A stretch of DNA of 64,000 nt from Lama guanicoe. Lineage: Eukaryota. This document shows, piece by piece, positions 24,690-37,700 of this stretch; within the stretch, counting starts at the first letter, position 1, and each line of letters opens with the position of its first letter. The notes beneath the pieces were generated by a model. The model saw only the letters and a list, made by a program, of their open reading frames with translations, did no database searches and was not told where the DNA came from. Where the stretch lies: the NCBI GenBank assembly GCA_013239625.1, contig MU053934.1, positions 3,490,399 through 3,554,398 of the forward strand. The letters run 5' to 3'. Position numbers and translations under genes: made by a program.

Positions 24690-26759
24690 GTAAGTTAGTC
24701 TCATTTCCAAGTCTTGAAAGTCAGCTTCACCCAGCCAAGTGTCCCCGGAAAGGCCTTCCCTCAGTTCTTGCACACAATCCTCCCTCCTGACCAAAACCTT
24801 TCCCTACCACCAAACTGGACAGTGATAACGACCAGCACTTTTTTGAGCGTTTACTATGTACTAAGCCTTGGTCTGAATGTTTTATGGTATTTTCCTCATT
24901 TAATCTCTATAGCAATTTGATGAGAGAAGCACTATTTATTTACAGATAAGGAAACAGACACAGAGAGGTTAAGCCACTCACCCAAGATCACACAGCTAGT
25001 AAGGGCTGGGGTAGGGGTGGATCCCAGGTCTGCTCTGTGCAGATCACCCTGAGGCCTCAAGCAAGATGCTCTGGCCAGCAAGATGCTTTTCCTGTCCTGG
25101 CCACACAATACCTGGTTTGTGTTGCCTCTGGTGGTTCCTACCTGGCCCTGTCTGGGGCTGCAGCTAATGTGGTCACGTCCCTACCCTACTGCTGTATTTC
25201 AACTTCCTTAAAGTCCAGGACAGTTTCATTTACCCCTCTCTGGCCCCTATAGCTCCTCTCAGGTGGAGAAGCGGTTGTATAAATGCTCACTGGCCTGAAT
25301 TGGCTGCTGAGACAGCTGCTTAAATGAGGGCCCATGTGCAAAAGAGGCCCAGCGCCTGGCACACAGTAGGTGCTCACTAAGTCCCTTCCCTGTCTCCTTG
25401 GCCCAAGGGTGGGATCACAGAGTCAGTGGTGCACCAGTGCCACACGGAGCATTTATCGGAAGATAGCAGGTGGGAAGGATCCTGGAGGCCAGCACCCTAC
25501 AGCGTGACCTCAGCTCACCAGGAACACAGCATGTGGTTTTGGACACCTAGCCTCTCTTGGTCCTGGTCTTCCCCTGTAGAATGGGACAAACTGCTTCCCT
25601 GATAGACACCACTGGGGTGATGGGGAGCCTCCAGCTTGTTCATCCAAACCCTCCTCATCTCCACAATGTACTCCCCAAGGTAAGGGTTTACAGTGTGGAG
25701 GGCCCTGGGCTTGGTGCTTTATGTGCTTTGCCAGATGTACCTCAGCTGGATCCAAGGCTCAGATTCACAAGGCATTTGCCAGGGGTCACACATGTATAAG
25801 TCGAGAGAAATGAGATCAAAGCATCAATTCCAAAGCCTGAGCTTTTAACCACTGTGTTGTGGAGCCTCTGAGCCCCATGGCAGGACTCAGGAGCCCCCTG
25901 CTCTGTATTTCCCTAAGGCTTTTATCGTTTTGTCCTCTGGTCAACTCAATGCACAGACACCAGAAATGCAGGGCTGAGCCAGCTTCGTCCTGCCCTCATG
26001 ACCAAGAGGAGACCCAGGGATTTGTAGCCCCACATGAGAGGTTGCTGTCACGTTTGCTGGGGAGACAGGTGGACCATAGGCAGTTCAGGGAGGAGAAGAT
26101 GCTGTGTCCCAGTGGACACCGGGATGCTGCAGGCTGGTTTGGTCCAAAGGGAAGAGGGAGGGACAGAGAGATTCTTCAGCTAGAGTTACTCCATGGTGGG
26201 GCTCAGGGTTCCCTGGGAGGTTAGGAGATGGTGACTGTGGAAGGATGGGAGCACCAGAGCATTTCACAGATGACACAGCAGAGGCATTCACGATGTCCTG
26301 CTGGGGCTCCTTGGCATGGCATTCAAGGCCTCCTGGACTTCTACCCCAGATTTGCCCTCTAGTTGTGCTGAGCTGGCTGCAGAGCTCTGTGAGCACATCT
26401 CCCTGCCTCTGTGCATGCTGTTCCTTGCCTAGTATTCTCTTCCCTTCCCTCCTCACTCAGCAAACACCTGTTCATCATTCAAGTCTTAGATCAGGTGCTC
26501 TGTTATAAGATGCCTCCCCTGAATACTCACCCTACTCCTGGATTGGTGGTGTTTCCCTTCTGGGCTTGGTGTTCTGCTGCTCTTCATCTGGTCACAATTG
26601 TTTTCCCTTAAGAAACATAAGCTCCATGAGGGCAGGAACTATGCCTACTTTATCTCTGTACCTCCAGCTCCTGGCCCAGAGACTGACACAAAGGAGGTGC
26701 TCAGTTCAGTGGTGGTTGACCAGTGAATACATGGATTGAGTGCTTGTAAGAAACAGATG

Positions 26760-27310
26760 GAGGGTGGGTATGTCAGTGGGCAGATGATGGATGAATGATG
26801 GATGACAGATATGTGAACGGGTGATGGATAGATGATATATGTTGAATAAATGAGAAAGAGATGTTGGATGGATGACAGATGGGTGGAGGGATGGATAGAT
26901 GAGTGATGAATGGAACAGATGATGGGTGCTGGATAGATGGATGTTGCTTAGATGATGATTAACAAATGGATGGATGAATTTTGGGTATAATATGTTCAGA
27001 CGGATGTTAAATGTTGTGGAATGTTGTGGAATATGAATGATGGATGGTAAATGAATGTTGGAAGGATGATGGATGAATGGACACTGGATGAATTGAGGAA
27101 GGATACATGGATATAGGATGGACGGATAGATGATGAATAAATTGAGGATGGAAGTATTGGGATAATGGAGGTTGGATGCATGAGTGGGTGGATGATATAG
27201 GATGAATTTTGGATGGTTAGATGGACACACGGATCTATTGATGTTGGATGGTTGGATAGGTGGATGTTAGATGGATAGATGCTGAATGGATGGATAAGAA
27301 GTTGGAGAGA
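26760..27310. repeat. Degenerate (GGAT/GAT)n simple repeat
   Basis: About 550 bp of tggatggatgaat-type low-complexity sequence. Confidence 0.9.
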
Positions 27311-27363
27311 TGATGGAATCTGGGGAGTAACCTGACCTAAGCTGTGTTCTTTCTTATCTCCAG

Positions 27364-27441
27364 TTCCAGTCTAAGGAGCTCGAGGAGTCAGAACGAAGCA
27401 GAGGCCAAGACTCACTGACTGGCCAGAAGCAGGCAGACTCG
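27364..27441 (+). CDS. TRIOBP: Exon 10 (FQSKELEESERSRGQDSLTGQKQADS)
   Basis: Long pyrimidine tract with ccag| acceptor; 78 nt; weak donor tcg|gtagtt. Confidence 0.9.
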
Positions 27442-29319
27442 GTAGTTGGGTTATGGGTGTGGGCACATAGGGAGGGGAAGGGAAGGGAAATCAGGTTGGA
27501 GGTGGGCTGAGATCCTCAGATGAGCTCTGGGGTCATCCACACCAACGCTGGCTCTGCCGTGGGGTCATTGAGAAGAGGAGCTCTGAGGAGCTGCGCAGCA
27601 GGGCCACCTTCTGGCTTGGGGACCTGGGTGGGTGGACAATACTGGGGTCAGAAGCTCAGGGCTCTGCTTTCAACTTGCTACGATGCCCTGAAAAGGTCAC
27701 TGCCCTTCCCTTGGCAAATGGCAGTTTGGCCCTGAGGGTCTCTGAAGGCAAGGTCCTTCTGGTTCTGGGGGGCTGGCCTGGCTGGAAGAAGGGGTTGAGC
27801 TTCCAGGAGCCAGATCCAGAGAAGCACTGAAGAAGGCCGAGGAGGTACAGAAGTCAGCTGGGCCTGGAGGATCTCCAGGGTCCTGGGGGCGGGAGAGATG
27901 TGTGCAGGGGGTGGGACCCACTGAGACTGCTCAGAGGCCTGGCTGCAGCTGGAGCACGTTGCTCTGCCCCTCCCCTCCCTGCCAAACAGACTGTTCTCAT
28001 CACCCTCAGCCTCCAGAGAGGTGAGGTCAGAGCCGAGGGCCTGGGGCAGCGGGAGGAGGGGAGAAGGAGACAGGCTGTTCGAGGCTGTACATTCCTCATC
28101 CTGCTGTTCTGCTGTTCCCCATGCCACCTCCTGAGAAGCAGGGTGTGGGGTGGGGGAGTGGGAAGGGCATCTGTCTGGCCACCTGGAGCCCCCGGGTCTG
28201 GCCCTGCGGCTAGTCAGAGCTGGGGGGATTCTGCCCAACCCCCTACTGTGCAGATGGAGAAATGAGGGGCAGGGCCGTCATCCCAGATCACATAGTCAGT
28301 CGGTGGCTGGGCTCAAATTAGGACCAAGGGCTCAGGACCCCTAACCCACGCTTTCCCTGTTCCTCCCAATGCCGCTTCCTGGCTCTGCCCTGATTGCCTG
28401 CATGGCCTCATACAGTGGAAGCACAATTCTAACTGCTTGGTGGGCTAGCCTTCCCATCTGTGACATGGGAGGGTACAGGGGACTGGTCACTAAGGGCTCT
28501 TCTAGCTCTCACAGGGACTCTGACAACTTTGCTCTTCCTCTTTCTGGATCATTTCTTCATACTTCCTGGGTCCAGAGTTTTGTGAACAAAGAGGAAATAG
28601 CAATATAGGGGTCCCCCTCATGCAGTGAGCCCCAGGAACACAGAAAACCTCTCAATCCACCACCAGGAATCCTGGACTGGACAGAATTGATAACTGCCTC
28701 ATTCATCCATTCATTTATTCACTCATTCACATACCCTTAGTGAGCACCTTCTGTATGCCTCAGTGTGCGCCAGAGGCGAACTGGAGTGTGCAGCCCACAG
28801 TCTAGTGGTCAGGGCTGTGATGGGGATGTGGTGGCAAGGTGGGGGCAGTCCTTCTCCCAAAAGCCCCCTGCACCTGTGCTTTGACGCATCACATCCCACC
28901 TCCAGGGTGTCTCTGGATTCTGGAGAGTTGGGACGCTTGGGCTCTGTCCTGCCTCTGCCAGTAACCTGCTATGTGACTTTGGGCAAATGCCTCTGCTTCA
29001 CTGGGGCCTCAGTTTCCCCAAACAAGGATGACTCCAAAGGGGGTGCACTTGGGGGCTCTGCTGGGTGCAGCTGGAGAAGTCTGACGACTCATCCCTTTCA
29101 CAAACGTGAGGAGAGTAGACAGATTGAGGGGACCCGGAACTGAGGGGCCCTTAGGTGACTCCTTGGCCCCAGATGGTTGTTGCCATCGAGAAGAGGGGCC
29201 AAGAGTTTCTCCATAGATATTTCTTTTTTACTTTATTTTTTAAAATTTTATTTATTTGTTTATTTATCCATCCATCCATCCACAGATATTTCAAGAGAGG
29301 CTGCAAATATGGAGTTATT

Positions 29320-29688
29320 CCTTTTTTTTTTTTTTTTTTTTGGTGGGGGTANNNNNNNNNNNNNNNNNNNNNNNNNNNNNNNNNNNNNNNNNNNNNNNNN
29401 NNNNNNNNNNNNNNNNNNNNNNNNNNNNNNNNNNNNNNNNNNNNNNNNNNNNNNNNNNNNNNNNNNNNNNNNNNNNNNNNNNNNNNNNNNNNNNNNNNNN
29501 NNNNNNNNNNNNNNNNNNNNNNNNNNNNNNNNNNNNNNNNNNNNNNNNNNNNNNNNNNNNNNNNNNNNNNNNNNNNNNNNNNNNNNNNNNNTTTTTTTTT
29601 TTGGTGGAGGTACTGGGGATTGAACCCAGCACCTCAGGACCTTGTGCGTGCTAAGCATGTGCTCTACCACTGAGCTATTACCCTCTCC
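29320..29688 (-). mobile_element. tRNA-derived SINE (Vic-1-like) spanning the gap
   Basis: Poly-T tail left of the gap, head gaggtactggggattgaaccc...ctaccactgagcta to its right; TSD aaatatg(g/t)agttat at 29305 and 29692. Confidence 0.85.
29352..29591. other. Assembly gap (240 N)
   Basis: Run of N. Confidence 1.
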
Positions 29689-30060
29689 TGGAAATATGTA
29701 GTTATACGTTAAACCTCTTGATTATTTAACACTGAAACCTAATGCAAAATAATCTGAAAAGCCTATTTGGGCTGAACACACATCCGTGGTCCGCACTCCC
29801 CTCCCACCTGCCACCTGGGGCCCAGCTTTAGAGGGGAGAAGTGCACATCCCTGAGGGCGTTGAGCCCCAGGAACCCTCAACCAACATCAGGCAGCGTGAA
29901 AGAGTTAACCAGTTCTTTCCTCGACAGCTCTGGGAGAGGAGAAAGATGGGAACCCTGGGCCTTTGAGGTGGGCATGGCAGCGTGGACGGGGGGCTGCCGT
30001 CAGGGACTCCCCCCTCCCATCAAAGGTACCTGGGGGCCAACTCTGGACCCTGTTTGACAG

Positions 30061-30198
30061 GCAGACAAGAGGCCAGCAGAGGGCAAGGCTGGGAGCCCGC
30101 TCAAGGGCCGACTGGTGACCTCATGGCGGATGCCCGGGGACCGTCCCACGCTGTTCAATCCGTTCCTGCTGTCTCTGGGGGTCCTCAGGTGGCAAAGG
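30061..30198 (+). CDS. TRIOBP: Exon 11 ([46 protein letters not shown])
   Basis: gacag| acceptor, agg|gtagga donor, 138 nt, near-identical to the recalled human peptide. Confidence 0.93.
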
Positions 30199-33019
30199 GT
30201 AGGATGGCTCCAGTGGGGCGGGGGCGGGTGGGTAAGGGTGGGGAGAGAGGGGGAGGGAAGGGAAGAGTCTGGTGTTAGTCAAAGAAGAGAGAGTAGGCGC
30301 TGACAGGGAAGGCTTTGGGGCCCCCACAGGAGAAAGGAGAGATGGAAGCAGAGCCCTGAGCTCCCGTGGTCTCTGCAAGTCAGTGGGACATCCCACCTGC
30401 AGGACTGGGCTGGACTGTTTTCAGCTTTTGGGGTGAGGGATGATTGAATAATCTGCACAGCTGAAAGCTCCCTATCAGCAAATAGGCCAAGGGGAGCCTT
30501 GCTGCGGGGGAAGGGGAGAGGGAGGGAGGGCCTGCGAGGGGCTCTGGGATTGCAAAGTGTGTCTCAGACCTGGGCCTGAGCCAGTTGCACAAACATCTGG
30601 CATTACGTAACCCATCCCCTGCCCAGAGAGGGCTGTAAACACTCAGACCTCTGGTTCAGGGTTTCCTCAAGGGCAGGGAGGGGAGGCAGCTGTGACTAGC
30701 TCTCTCCTGCCCCACTTCACGGTGGGAGGGAAGAGGCCTGGCCTTCTCCAGGGGCCACAGGCTGGATTGTGGGGTCTCTGCTCTCAGTGACAGGCTGACT
30801 CTCGTACCCTCATTGGTTTGGGGTCCAGCACTAGGCTGTATGCCCATTCTACAGAGGACAGAGACAGAGACTCAAGGAGGTGAGGTTGACCTGCCCGAGG
30901 TCACATAGCTAAGGTTTAGAGGAGCCAACCTCTTGCTGATTTCCCCCATTCTTGGAGGAGAGAATAGTTGCAGCCAAACCCACCAAGCCTCAGTTGCCAC
31001 ATCTGTCTAATGGAGAAAAATCTATGGAGGCGATCAGAGCTGCAGGGAGGGCTGAGAAATCAGGATGCACAGAGGTGGGATGGCGGGAGGTGGAGGCAGG
31101 CGTCCAAACACAGTCTTCCATCCACTTCGTAATTCCCTCTCTGCTGCTCTTTGGGAGTTAAGGCACAAGGGCAATCAGGCAAATGTGGTTATCTGGGCAA
31201 GGCAGTATCTCTGAGCCATGGGCGGGAATTAAACTTATTAGTCTAACTAAAGGTCACGAACACACAGCAGGTCTGGCAGGAGGAGGCAGGTAAGTCCCTG
31301 GTTGGAGGGAGGGGGAGAGAAACAGGGAAACGGACTCTTGGATGATGATGGTGGTGATGAGAATCAGCATTTATTGTGCATCTACTGTGTGCTCAGCTGT
31401 GTTCAGTGCGTGGCATACCTGATGGTATTGACACCTCACCACCAGGCATACCAGAGACGGTTCATACTACCCATTTCATAGATGAGGAACTGAAACTCAC
31501 TTGTCCAGATCTCACAAGGGGGAGAGCTAAGACTTGAACTCTGTTCTGGCTGACCTCAGAGCACCGCCCCCCCTACACCTCTGTGCATCCTTATCTTGCT
31601 GAGTCCTCCTTGCAGCCCTTGTCTCCACGGATTTTTCCCATTAGACAGATGTGGCAACTGAGGTCAATGAGTTTGCGGCTATTCTCTCATCTAGGAATGA
31701 GGAAAATCAGGAGCTGAGAGATGGAACTGCGGTGGAGCCTCCAGACAATTACATAGAGCAGTTTCAAACATCCCTTGGGCTGGAGAGTGAAATTAGTCCA
31801 ATGTCAAGAGCCAGAAAGCCTGGGCTTGAGTTCTGTCTCTGCCCCTAACTTGTGTGGCTTTGGGCCACTGTCTCCCTTCTCTGAGCCTCACACTGTTATC
31901 TTCAATAGAGTAACAGTTTGAGACTGGATCACCCCAAAGTTTGGTGGCTCTGTTTAAGAAGTCACTCCTGGGTCCACAGGCTGTACCATCTCTGTCCTAC
32001 CAAGGCAAGCTGCAGTAAGGGAGTCATTGCTTCATTTGCGCATTCCTTAATCCGATCAAGGAGCTGACATGGGCTGAGGCCCTGGGTGGACCTCCAAGAT
32101 ACAGACAAAAACCACTCTTTCCCTGCCCTGCCCACAAGGAGCTCACTCCCTGCCCACAAGGAGTTTGGAAAAGGACACTGATACATAGCTGATTAGAACC
32201 CAGTGTGGTCCTCACTTGAGTTGAGAGTGCAGGGAGCCCTAGGCAGGGAGTTAATGTTGCAGCCCCGGGCAAGGAGATTCTAAGTCTCTGCTGGGGACAC
32301 TTTGGCTTCCTTTGGACTGAGACTTGAAGGGTGAGGAGGAATTTTCCAGGCAAACAAATATTTGTGGGGAGGGGAGGGAGAGACTGAAGTATGCATACGT
32401 TGGGGCATAAGAGGACAGGAAGGGAAGCGTTCCAGACACAGCACTGAGTAACATGCGCAGTTAGGGAAGTACAGAGGACCTGGCTTATTCTGGAAACTCC
32501 CAGTAGTCCAGTATTTCCCTAGCATGTGAAATGTGTGTGTCTAATGATGGAGGACAGCAGGCAGGGGCCAAACGGTAACAGACACTGACTGCCTGGCACA
32601 AAAATGTATCTATCAGCATTGGAGAAGGGTTGGAGAACTTTGAGCAGGGGAGTGGTCTGATCACTGTGTTGAGGGTACTAGAAGGGGAGTTCCAGAGGCC
32701 AGGAAACCAGCAATGAGGCTGGTACTGTCAGGTGTCCATGCAACTGGGCAAGGGCATTGGTAGCAGATGAAGTCTTCTGTTTGTTCACTCATTCTCCCAA
32801 GGACCAAATGCCTGAGTGAGGTACAGGGATAGGGTGGGAACACAGCACGGGGATGCCAGAAGGCCAGTGTCCAGGGGAAGGTGGACTTAACCCTTGGCCT
32901 CATTCCTCAGGGTGGGGGAGAGAATTCCAGTGGGAAATGCTAGGAAACTTCAGCTCCCTGGGCCTGCATTTCTTTATCTGTGAAATGGCGATACTAATTA
33001 TAATCATGACAGCAATAAT

Positions 33020-33112
33020 TTTTTTTAGGCTTTATTGTTTATTTTTAGAGGAGGTATTGGGGATTGAACCCTGGACCTCGTGCGTGCCATTTGAGCTATA
33101 CCTTCCCCATCC
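33020..33112 (-). mobile_element. Internally deleted tRNA-derived SINE
   Basis: gaggtattggggattgaaccctggacctcgtgcgtgc joined directly to catttgagctatacc; TSD catgacagca(a/g)taatttt on both sides. Confidence 0.8.
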
Positions 33113-33769
33113 CATGACAGCAGTAATTTTGAACCCTAAACTGAGATAGTGGAATCATTGAAATGGTAATTATTCCAAGCTCCCCTGCCCCACTACCTAA
33201 GGATAGCTAACTAGGGATGAAGGGGTTGTTCTAGGTGCTTTGCTTAAATTAACATTTAATCCTGACAGCAGCCCTGTGAGATAACAGCATTATCCCATTT
33301 TACTGAGGGCAAAGTTGAGGCATAAAGAGGTTAAGTACCTGCTTAAGGTAACATAAGGTTTGAATCACAATGCCCCATGAGCCACCATATGTATATAGCA
33401 ACAAATTCCACCACAGCCCCTCCTCAACTGTGGGTTTAGAGGAGCTCCTCCAGGCAAAAGGCCTGTTACAAACCAACAAGTACTCTGGGAAAGTAAGAAA
33501 CGGGTGTAGCCCACACCCAAGAACCCAAAATGAAATTCTTAAGCAGGGAAAGACCCCCCGTGAGGAGGGGGCATTTAGAGAAGGCCCTACTATTCCAGAA
33601 CTTTTCTTTGTGCTTCGATTACGTGCTAGGAATCCCGTCTCTTCTTATTGTGTGACCTTGGGCAAGTTGGCTCACCTCTCTGGGCCTCTGTTTTCTCATT
33701 AGTAAAATGGAGACAAGAACCCCTTCTATCGGTCTATGGTAAGGACAAAAGTCGACTACACAGCTAATG

Positions 33770-34720
33770 AGCAGGGCGGCGGGCGGGACCCACTGAGTTG
33801 GTATTACTGAGTGCTTTACCCATGTAGCCATCAAACCGAGGCGCCGAGCCCTATGGACCCATCGCCCCGTCTGGAGGCTGGAGGCTGGAGGCTGGGGCGG
33901 GGAACCGTAGCTGGGCGACGAGGGTGCCACGCCCGGCCGCCCCCACCCCGCACTCCCGCGCCGTGGCCCGACCGAGTCACCTGCACACTGGGCCCTTCCT
34001 TCCTCCCAGAGTGCCGGCGGCCAGAGCTTGGCCCGCCTTCCCTTCCCTCCACCCCCATCCGCCCGCCGGGACCGCCCTCGCTCACCCGTCCCGTCGCGGC
34101 AGGCTCCGCCCTCGGCCCTTCCCGCGTCCCCATTGGCCCTTCCGCGGCCCCCGCCGCTGTTTGTCCCGGCTTCCTCGCCGCCCATTGGCCCGCCCGGATC
34201 CTCCCAGGAAGTTTGAAAAAAAAAAAAGTTTTATGGGCGGATGGAAGGGGCCGGGACAGCGCCGGGGAAGGGAAGGGCCGGAGGAGCGGCGGCGGGCGGC
34301 CGAGAGGGGCGGCGGCGGCGGGATTCCCGCGCCGCTGAACCCGGCCCGAGAGCCCTTTCCACCTTCCTGCCTCCTGCTCCCGCCGCCCCGGGGTGCCGCC
34401 ATGACGGTGAGTGCCCCCCAGGGGGCAGCCCCTCTGCGCCCCAGGCCGGGATGAGAGCTATGGCCCCAGCCAGAGCCAAGCCGAGCGGCTCCCCTCCTGG
34501 GCAGTCCCCTCCTCACTTCCCGGAGGCGAGAGTAGGTCTCAGCCGGAAGACAGGGCGACCCCAACGGCACGGACCGGCCGTCCTGCCTCACCTTCCCCCG
34601 GCCTCCTCACTTTTCCGGGCCAGGAGCCCAGGTGACCTGAGAGGTGATGGGAACTCTCGGTCCCGGGCACCACCCCCTCACGTTAGCGGGACCAATCACG
34701 GACGGATTCGGGGTGGCCCT
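33770..34720 (+). promoter_or_regulatory. TRIOBP: CpG-island promoter of the short isoform TRIOBP-1 (Tara)
   Basis: Dense CpG, multiple GC boxes, two inverted CCAAT boxes (cccattggccc ~34129 and ~34181). Confidence 0.9.
34233..34406 (+). CDS. TRIOBP: TRIOBP-1 first coding exon (MGGWKGPGQRRGREGPEERRRAAERGGGG...PRGAAMT); second ATG at 34401
   Basis: Matches the recalled TRIOBP-1 N-terminus; phase-0 donor acg|gtgagt; spliced product 629 aa (573 aa from the second ATG). Confidence 0.93.
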
Positions 34721-37700
34721 TTCCCATATCCCCTCCAGTCCCCCTTAGTGAAAACCTGATGATTCCCCCCAGCTGCCAGATCCGTAGGGTCTCCCAAGTT
34801 TCTGGGTCACAGAAGGAGCGGAGATGGGCCTGGCCTCGGTCTGGATCCTGCCGGGGGCTGGAGAGGCTCTCCCTGGTTCGAATGGGTCGCTCTGATCCGG
34901 GCCTGGGAAGGCTGCCCGCTGGTGTGGGCTTGGTCGGAGTTTGGGTGGATGATAAAAGGCCGCCCCGTCCCACCCTGTCCGGAGCCCATCCTGACACTTG
35001 TGAAACAGCAGTATACCATGTTCTCCCGGGCTGGGCTTACCACTTCGCAGTGGCGCTGGGACCTTGGGTGGGGCGTTGGAAGTGGGGGATATGATGGCAG
35101 GGATTTATCTTTCTCTTGGGGATGAGCCCTACCCAAGCTCTACTAGTATGAGCTCTGTTAGTCTTAATTATCACATTGCGCTGAGTTCACCATTATCCCC
35201 ATTTCACAGTGGGATAAACTGAGGCTTGATGAGGGGCATTGGTTTGTTGCCAGAGGTGACCCTGAGTATAAGGGAAGGAGTAGCCCTTTTCCAAGTCAGT
35301 CTGGCCCCTTGACTGTGAGGTTGTGGAAGGGAGTGGCAGGGCTGCTTTTGGTTTCTGGCAAATGCCTGAGGGAGGCTCTGACAGCCTTGTGAGGAGGGTT
35401 GGGGAGTTGAGCGGGGTGTGTGTGCGCAGGCACGTGTCCCCGTTCTTCAACTGAGTGGAGACCCTGAGGAGGAGTGGGCTGGGCTGATGGAGTGGGGAGT
35501 GGTTTGCACAAGGGGCCCCTGCCCCCATGAGTGTGATGACCTGGTCACTGCCTGGACTTCCTCAGCCTCTGCACATCCTGCCACCTCTCTGCTGGCCCTT
35601 CCTGTCGTCAGCAGCCTCCCCTGTTGGAGTAGAGAGGGATGTGGGGGGGAGGAGCTGAGTCAGTGTCCTGGCCTCCCCTCCCCAGGCCAGTGGGGGCAGG
35701 GCAGTGGTTGCCTTGCCGACTGGGTGCCTGCCAGGCTCAGAACTGGGTGCTTTCACATTACCAGTGTAGAACCTTGAAGGCTGATGGAAACTCTCCATCT
35801 AACAGATGAGGTGTAGGGAGGTGAAGTCACATGCCCCAGGTGACACAGCTGGGACCTGGCTGAGCCAGAATTTGTAACCAGGGCTGTCCCAGTTTTCTCT
35901 CAGGATGAGATAAGAAATGTACACAGTTGCCTTTGCTGGGGAAGCACATGCTGAAAAAGGGTAAGGCTGCTAGAAGCAGCACATAGGGGCGCTTGGAGGA
36001 AGGTAGCGCATCCCTGCTGGTGGGAGGGGGCCTCCAGAGGGAAATGTCCTGCTGTGACTGTAGGCCTTTGTCGGGTGGAGATGGACTGGGGAGGGGACAG
36101 TGTGGACAGAGGCTGGTGGCCATGTTTGGGGAATTGAGTGGTGAGAACATAGAGAAGGGACTTGGGAAGGAGGGCCTCAAAAGCCAGGAAAAGCAGCTTG
36201 GGCTTTTATCAGGAGCAATGGGGAGCCATGAAAGGTTTTCGAGCAGAGGAGGCTCACGATCACCTTTGATAGTGTTTGCTGGGTTCATCCTGGCTGCCTT
36301 CAGACCTGAGCCTGCTCTAGGCTGGTGTCCTTCCTATTTTTTCTTCACACACTTTTCCTTTCTCCTGGCCCCATCTCCCTGGCCTCAGGGATCTGTATGG
36401 AGCAAGTGGCAAAGGTGCCATGAATGGATAAATGCTTAGAGGCTTTTGGAAGCTGGGCCTGGAGTCAGGATCTGCTCCACCTCCTTTTACCTTAGCCGGC
36501 TGGCTGCAGCCTTGTTCCTGGAGCTTCATTCCCCAGCCACTGCCTGGCATCAAATTATATACCTGTTCACTTGTTTATTGTCTGTCTCTGTCCTGAGTTC
36601 CACCAGGGCAGGGGCTACTGTTCATGGCTGACTTCTTGGCATAGAACCTAGAACAATGCCTAGTGCTGAAAAAAAAAGAGAAAAGGAAAGTAAAAGAAGA
36701 AGAAGAGAGAGAGAGAGAGAGAGGGAAAGAAAGAAAACAGAAAGAAGGAAAGAAAGAAATTTCTACAACTGTTTCCAGAGTCCTTGGGTCCTGGAGGGTG
36801 AACAGCACATGTCCCTGACCGAGTTGCTGCTAGTCTAGCCTGCAAGGGATAAATAAATGGCTTCAAGATAATCACAGATGTGGCAGAGGCTGTGGGAGGT
36901 CATCCGGTGTGGTGTGTGGTATGTACTGGGAAAGGGGCCGCAGAGGTGGCAATTAAACTGGATCTTAAGGCACAAGAAGGGGTTTGCCTCATCAAAGGAG
37001 GAGGAAGCCTGGCATTTCAAGCAAAGGACACAGGCGTGTGTAGAGGCTCCGAGTCCTGATGTGTTGGGGATCAGAGAGGATGTGTGGTGACATAAACATG
37101 GGGCCTCCTAAGCAGGGGTCGGCCATCCCAAGGCAGCTGGACCTTGTTCCACCTGGGGCTGTCCCTGGAGGTTTTAGGCAGGCCTGTGACTCTAGGCCTT
37201 TCTGAGTGGGTCCCCCGACCGGAGTGTGCTTATAAGAGGCTGTGTCACTGGTCTAGGTGGGCGGGAGGCAATGCTCACATGTGGCCAAAAGAAGGAAGGC
37301 CCACTGTGAGGACCTGTCAGTGCTCGGGAAGGGAAAAAGGAGAAAGGGAGCTTCCTGCAGGCGGAGGAGAGGTGCCTGGGCCTGTGGAGCCACGTGTGAA
37401 GGTGAGCAGGAGAGATTTTCGTTATCAGAACTTCTGACTCCTGGCGGAGGTTCCCAGGTAACAGTAGGACGTCTCCTGTCAGTGGGTTTAAAAACACATT
37501 GGTGTCCTCCCCTCCCCAAGGTCTCCATGGGGACGTGTTGTGTGGGGTGTGTGTACTAACATCTCCATGTGTGGCCCATTTGGTTCTCTCATAGAACTTG
37601 GGGGAGGGCAGGGCCCCCCCCATCGTTTGCCACATGAGGCAGTGGGGCTCAGGGATGTGACTTAGGAAGGTCGTGGTGACCCCACTTCCCAGGCAGCCCT

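Noticed and set aside
26706..27230. 174-aa His/Pro/Ile-rich minus-strand ORF
   Set aside because: Translation of the (GGAT)n simple repeat.
29155..29673. ORFs of 105-172 aa across the N run
   Set aside because: Artefacts of translating N.
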